In this document: in pieces, positions 10,937 to 19,989 of the stretch | How the letters are laid out: the number at the start of each line of letters is the position of its first letter | Position numbering within the stretch: the first letter of the stretch is position 1 | Origin: Eledone cirrhosa | Lineage: Eukaryota | Assembly: GCA_964016885.1 (NCBI GenBank) | Contig: CAXHJY010000954.1 | Span: forward strand, 1-19,989 | Direction: 5' to 3' | DNA length: 19,989 nt | Made by a program: the position numbers and the translations under genes | The notes under the pieces: model-generated | Databases searched by the model: none | Seen by the model: only the letters and a program-made list of their open reading frames with translations | What the model was told of the DNA's origin: nothing

Positions 10937-11400
10937 AAAAAATTTTTCTGATCTGCTGCTGCCATCTGTATCTCGTCGGCATGTGCGTGCCTTCTCCTTG
11001 TTGGTGCAGCACGCGCGACATCAGCATGCTTCTGGAGCGGCTTATTTCGGCTTTGGCTGGGGCATGTTGCGCGAGTATGATGGGCATAGTTCGTTTGAGA
11101 CCTAGGGTGGGCGAATCTGCATCCCATCCCTGTCTCTCCATGCCAGCATGTCCCGTTCTTGAAAAACTTGCACATTACTTGGTGTTTTTTGCTCCCAGTG
11201 TCTCGGTGCTTTCTGTTCTTTCTTTGAACAGTTGTCCACTGGTCCCTCTGCGCTTGGTTCTCCTTCGGAAGGTGATTTCGCTTTTCACCTTTGCCCTTAG
11301 CTTGTTGGTTGCCCGGCCTGCCCTCCCTGCCTGTAGCGGAGGGTATATCATTTTCTTTCAGGTCCGTGCTTGTGCTCTCCTCCTTTTCTTTTTCCCTTTC
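10750..11400 (-). CDS. LINE ORF1 C-terminal remnant (nucleic-acid-binding, CCCH zinc finger), 5'-truncated
   Basis: The frame of track ORF 10750-11175 stays open upstream to the microsatellite junction at 11400 (EREKEKEES...[12 protein letters not shown]...). It contains [22 protein letters not shown] (C-x7-C-x8-C-x3-H). Confidence 0.75.
   Translation of the reverse strand, partial: EREKEKEESTSTDLKENDIPSATGREGRPGNQQAKGKGEKRNHLPKENQAQRDQWTTVQRKNRKHRDTGSKKHQVMCKFFKNGTCWHGETGMGCRFAHPRSQTNYAHHTRATCPSQSRNKPLQKHADVARAAPTRRRHAHADEIQMAAADQKNFLVMAEKIVGQLTWLHCLQSQGHPHQHSRPPQLRDPEWPPLTLDQVSYRQPLLAPQKSHQCCC
10936..10945 (-). promoter_or_regulatory. Candidate -1 ribosomal frameshift slippery site A_AAU_UUU_UUA in the ORF1/ORF2 overlap
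   Basis: Minus strand reads CAG AAA AAT TTT TTA GTG in the ORF1 frame, giving two overlapping X_XXY_YYZ heptamers; the -1 frame is the ORF2 frame. Confidence 0.6.
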
Positions 11401-11401
11401 C

Positions 11402-15570
<4,169 letters not shown>

Positions 15571-15571
15571 A

Positions 15572-17519
15572 GGTATGGATGGCATACATGCTGAGCTCCT
15601 ACAATATGGTGGTGAGAGACTCCTGCAACATCTTCACTCTCTGTTTGGAAGGATATGGGCTAATGAATCCGTGCCTGAGGACTGGAGAGATGCAGTAATG
15701 GTGGTCTTGTACAAGGGAAAGGGTAACAGGAATGATTGTGGGAACTACAGAGGTATATCATTGCTTTCTGTCGTGGGGAAAGTTTTATGTAGGGTGCTTC
15801 TGAAAGTTTTATGTAGGGTGCTTCTGGACCGTCTGCTGACACACATTGCAGATTGTGTCCTTCCTGAAAGTCAATCTGGTTTTCGTGTTGGACGCGGCAC
15901 TACTGATATGATCTTCTCAGCTAGACAGCTCCAGGAGAAGTGCATTGAACAGGGCTTGGATCTGTATCAGGTTTTTGTCGATCTGACAAAGGCTTTCGAT
16001 ACTGTCAACAGAGATGCATTATGGAAGGTTCTCCAGAAACTTGGTTGCCCTGATAAGTTCCTTGCTTTAGTTTAGGTCTTTCCATGACGACATGAAGGCT
16101 TGGGTTAATGTCGGAGGTAACATGTCGGAGCCTATCTCAGTAAAAAATGGAGTGAAACAGGGGGATATTCCAGCACCGACCCTGTTTGCCATATACTTTG
16201 CAATGGTTTTCTGTGTTGCATTCAGGAATTGCGAGCATGGTGTTTACATCCGATATCGAACCTCAGGCAGCATATTTAACATCAGGCGCTTTGCTGCGAA
16301 GACAAAAGTATTTACATCAGTCATAAGAGACCTCTTGTATGCAGATGATTGCGATCTTGTAGCGCACACAGAGAGTGATATGCAGCACATTTTGAATGTA
16401 TTTTCTGACGCTTGCACTGCCCTGGGTTTGACTGTCAGTCTCAAGAAAACCGTCGTCATGTACCAACCTGCACCTGGTAGGCAGTACACTGAACCAAACA
16501 TCTATGTGTATGGCAAACGACTTGGAGTGGTTGATCAGTTTGTCTACCTGGGAAGCACTGTCAATCGATACGGCAACCTTGACGGTGAAATCTCACTTAG
16601 GATTAGGAAAGCAAGTGATGCTTTCGGAAAGCTAGAAAGGCGACTCTGGGGTCGGCGAGACATATGCAGGAGGACAAAGGTAAGGGTGTACAGGGCATGT
16701 GTACTCTCTTGTCTTCTTTATGCCTGCGAGACCTGGGTCACATATCGACGCCACCTTAAGCAATTGGAGCGTTTCCATCAGATGTGTCTCAGACGGATAC
16801 ATGGCGTTCACTGGAGGGACCACATCAGTGATGTCGAGATTTTGGAAAGCTCTATGTGTGACAGTATAGAAGCTCTTGTGCTTAAGCAGCGACTCCGTTG
16901 GAGTGGTCACCTTGCCAGGATGAAGGATTCTAGAATACCAAAACAACTCTTCTATGGAGAGTTGGTTAAAGGAAAACGACCGCCACATAAACCAAAAAAG
17001 AGGTATAAGGATTCCTTGAAGGCCTCTCTGAGAGACGCTAAAATCTTTGCTGATACATGGGAAAATGTTGCTGCTGATCGTAATAAATGGAGAAAGACTG
17101 TATATGAGGGAAAAGTTGCCTTTGAGGCATCTCGAATCGCACACGAGAAAGTAAAGCGGGACGTGAGGAAGGGTATTGCTGTTGCACTTCCAGACGGCGA
17201 GGGTCCTCCTATGTTTCTGGCATGCAGCGTCTGTGCGAGACTCTGCCTAAGCAAAGCTGGACTCGAAAGTCATCTTCGCAGTCATAAAGTAAGACCAGTG
17301 GTTGACTACCAGGCTGCTGTTGGAGATGCTACTCATCATGCTTGCCAAACATGTGGTAGAGAATGTAAATCAGCAGGAGGACTCAAGCGACATGCAAAAG
17401 TACACGAACTCCAACCACAGCCGACTATTCCCAGTAAATGTTTTGGTTGCCGACTCTGTGCAAGACATTTTGGATCATTGGCTGGGCTAAAAAGCCACAT
17501 TCGATCGCAGCACTGTTAG
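15572..17519 (+). pseudogene. Disrupted RTE reverse transcriptase ORF: one frameshift and one in-frame 24-bp duplication
   Basis: One extra T near 16072 (TTAGTTTAGGTCTTTCCATGAC; removing it reads LVRSFHDDM) separates the two track ORFs. KVLCRVLL is duplicated at 15779-15826. Confidence 0.9.
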
Positions 17520-17526
17520 TTGCTAT

Positions 17527-17527
17527 C

Positions 17528-17573
<46 letters not shown>

Positions 17574-17652
17574 GCTTATGTGCGTGCGTGTGTGTGTATA
17601 TATATATGAATATGTATATTATTATTGTTGTTGTCGTTATTATTATTATTGC

Positions 17653-17707
<55 letters not shown>

Positions 17708-17849
17708 GTTATTAATGTATGTGTGTATATATGTGTGAGTGTATGTGTATGTGTGTGTGTATATATGTATGTATGTGTATGTGTGTGTGTATATATGTGT
17801 ATATATATGTATATGTATATATGTGTGTGTATATATATATATATATATA

Positions 17850-17889
<40 letters not shown>
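17527..17889. repeat. Compound simple-repeat block: (GT)n, (ATT)n, (GTAT/GT/TA)n and poly(T)38
   Basis: (GT)n at about 17527-17567, (ATT)n at about 17618-17714, poly-T at 17852-17889. Confidence 0.97.
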
Positions 17890-17891
<2 letters not shown>

Positions 17892-17930
17892 TGTGCAATG
17901 GCCATACTCGATAACGAGGGGGCAGCCATC

Positions 17931-18618
17931 ATATATGTATATATATGTATATATACATATATATGTATATATACATGTATATGTATATATATATGTATAT
18001 ATACATATATATGTATATATATGTATATATATACATATATATGTATATATATATGTATATATATACATATATATGTATATATATACATATATATGTATAT
18101 ATATACATATATATGTATATATATGTATATATATGTATATATATACATATATATGTATATATATACATATATATGTATATATATATGTATATATATACAT
18201 ATATATATATATGTATATATATACATATATATGTATATATATGTATATATATACATATATATGTATATATATACATATATATGTATATATATATGTATAT
18301 ATATATGTATATATATATACATATATATACATATATATACATATATATATACATATATACATATATATATACATATATATATACATATACATATATATAT
18401 ACATATATATACACATATACATATATATATACATATATATATACATATACATATATATATACATATATATATACATATATACATATATATATACATATAT
18501 ATATACATATATATGTATATATATGTATATATATACATATATATATACATATATATGTATATATATGTATATATATGTATATATATACATATATATGTAT
18601 ATATATGCATATATATGT
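17931..18618. repeat. (TA)n-derived tract with mixed TATG and TACA units
   Basis: Recurrent TATATACATATATATG; a C-only stretch at about 18310-18510. Confidence 0.97.
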
Positions 18619-19061
18619 AACGCCGTGAGCGTTATATTATCTGCATGATGTGGAAAATGTTCCATCATCACTGCCCAAATGATGTTGGCATCGCCTTCAA
18701 GATACACCCAAGGCTTGGGCCCCGTGCTATCCGTCCCATTCAAAAATCTAAATCGCAACTCATAACAACAATACGGCACAATTATTTCACCTCAATCGGC
18801 CCTGCTCTCTTCAACATCACACCAGGATACGTCAAAACAGAAACTGACCACACAAAATTCAAGAAGTCTTTGGACAAATTCCTCCAAGTAATCCCGGACA
18901 AACCACCCACACCCGGATATGTCTCCGCAAACAGTAATTCTCTTCTCGAATGGGCCATGGTGCCCAAATCCTGAATTGAAAGACTTCGCCAGGTGGTGCT
19001 ATTAAGTTAGACATGGCCTGGGCCAATACTGGCCAAAACATTTCAAAGTTATTCAAAGTTA
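18619..19061 (+). mobile_element. 3'-terminal fragment (about 440 bp) of a second CR1-group LINE family with (TTCAAAGTTA)2 tail
   Basis: 18621-18974 translates [12 protein letters not shown]...GPALFN...[14 protein letters not shown]...NSNSLL, colinear with the C-terminus of the 7835 ORF2 ([12 protein letters not shown]...GPQLFN...FKKHLD...IPDEP...TNSLL). The 3' UTRs share GGYGGTGC...CATGGCCT-hairpin-AAACA. Confidence 0.9.
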
Positions 19062-19989
19062 TATACATATATATATATGTATATATATGTATATATATGT
19101 ATATATATACATATATATGTATATATATGTATATATATATGTATATATATGTATATATATACATATATATGTATATATATATGTATATATATACATATAT
19201 ATGTATATATATATGTATATATATACATATATATGTATATATATGTATATATATACATATATATGTATATATATATGTATATATATATGTATATGTATAT
19301 ATATATGTATATGTATATATATATGTATATATATATGTATATGTGTATATATATGTATATATATATGTATATATGTATATATATATGTATATATATATGT
19401 ATATATATGTATATATATATATGTATATATATATGTATATATATACATATATATGTATATATATATGTATATATGTATGTATATATATGTATATATATAT
19501 GTATATATGTATGTATATATATGTATATATATATACATATATATGTATGTATATATATGTATATATATACATATATATGTATATATATATGTGTATATAT
19601 ATATGTGTATATATATGTGTATATATATGTGTATATATGTGTGTATATATATGTGTGTATATATGTGTATATATATGTGTGTATATATATGTGTATATAT
19701 GTGTGTATATATGTGTGTATATATGTGTATATATGTGTGTGTATATATGTGTGTGTATATATATGTGTATATATATATGTGTGTATATATGTGTATATAT
19801 ATGTGTATGGATATATATATGTGTGTATATATATGTGTATATATATGTGTATGTGTATGTATATATATATGTGTATGTATATATATATGTGTATGTATAT
19901 ATGTATGTGTATATATGTATGTGTATATATATGTGTGTATATATATGTGTATGTATATATATATGTGTATGTATATATATATGTGTATG
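19062..19989. repeat. TA/TG microsatellite-derived tract, running off the window end
   Basis: Alternating TA with TG and CA interruptions throughout. Confidence 0.98.

Larger units (their letters stand above)
7758..11401 (-). mobile_element. CR1-group (CR1/L2-like) LINE, 5'-truncated within ORF1, with intact 3' end and short (GTAAAAGA)n tail
   Basis: ORF1 remnant with a CCCH finger, ORF2 with AP-endonuclease and RT, then 3' UTR GGCGGTGCCCCAGCATGGCCTCAGCCGGATGGCTGAAACA followed by GGTAAAAGAGTAAAAGAGTAA. Flanked by TA repeats on both sides. Confidence 0.93.
15571..17932 (+). mobile_element. 5'-truncated RTE-clade (BovB-like) LINE with three C-terminal C2H2 fingers and a microsatellite-filled 3' UTR
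   Basis: Motifs [79 protein letters not shown]. Terminal hairpin at 17898-17929 is homologous to 3245-3276. Confidence 0.93.

Noticed and set aside
17425-19572. ORFs with poly-K, poly-F, poly-I, poly-Y and YI repeats
   Set aside because: Translations of poly-T, (ATT)n and TA repeats; only 18621-18974 is real LINE-derived coding sequence.

Overview
Eukaryotic, gene-free repetitive DNA. About half of the window is long (TA)n-derived microsatellite/minisatellite, and every very long Y/I/V/C/M/H/T ORF in the track is an artefact of these repeats. Embedded in the tracts are 5'-truncated non-LTR retrotransposons (LINEs): a decayed RTE-clade copy on the minus strand with a PHD-like finger inside its reverse transcriptase (3320-5170); a CR1-group copy on the minus strand with a CCCH-finger ORF1 remnant and an open endonuclease+RT ORF2 (7758-11401); a second RTE-clade copy on the plus strand ending in three C2H2 fingers (15571-17932); and short 3' fragments of related RTE (about 3120-3280) and CR1-group (18619-19061) elements. 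A mosaic at 2131-3120 holds RTE 5'-UTR-like sequence, a 98-bp duplication and degenerate hammerhead-like motifs. The main finding is a candidate programmed -1 ribosomal frameshift (A_AAU_UUU_UUA, 10936-10945, minus strand) that would fuse ORF1 of the CR1-group LINE to an ORF2 lacking any AUG before its endonuclease domain. The paired copies also show conserved 3'-terminal stem-loops, with a compensatory base change in the RTE pair. The LINE 3' ends and TA richness suggest a cephalopod (octopus-like) genome; this is recollection-based inference and was not checked.
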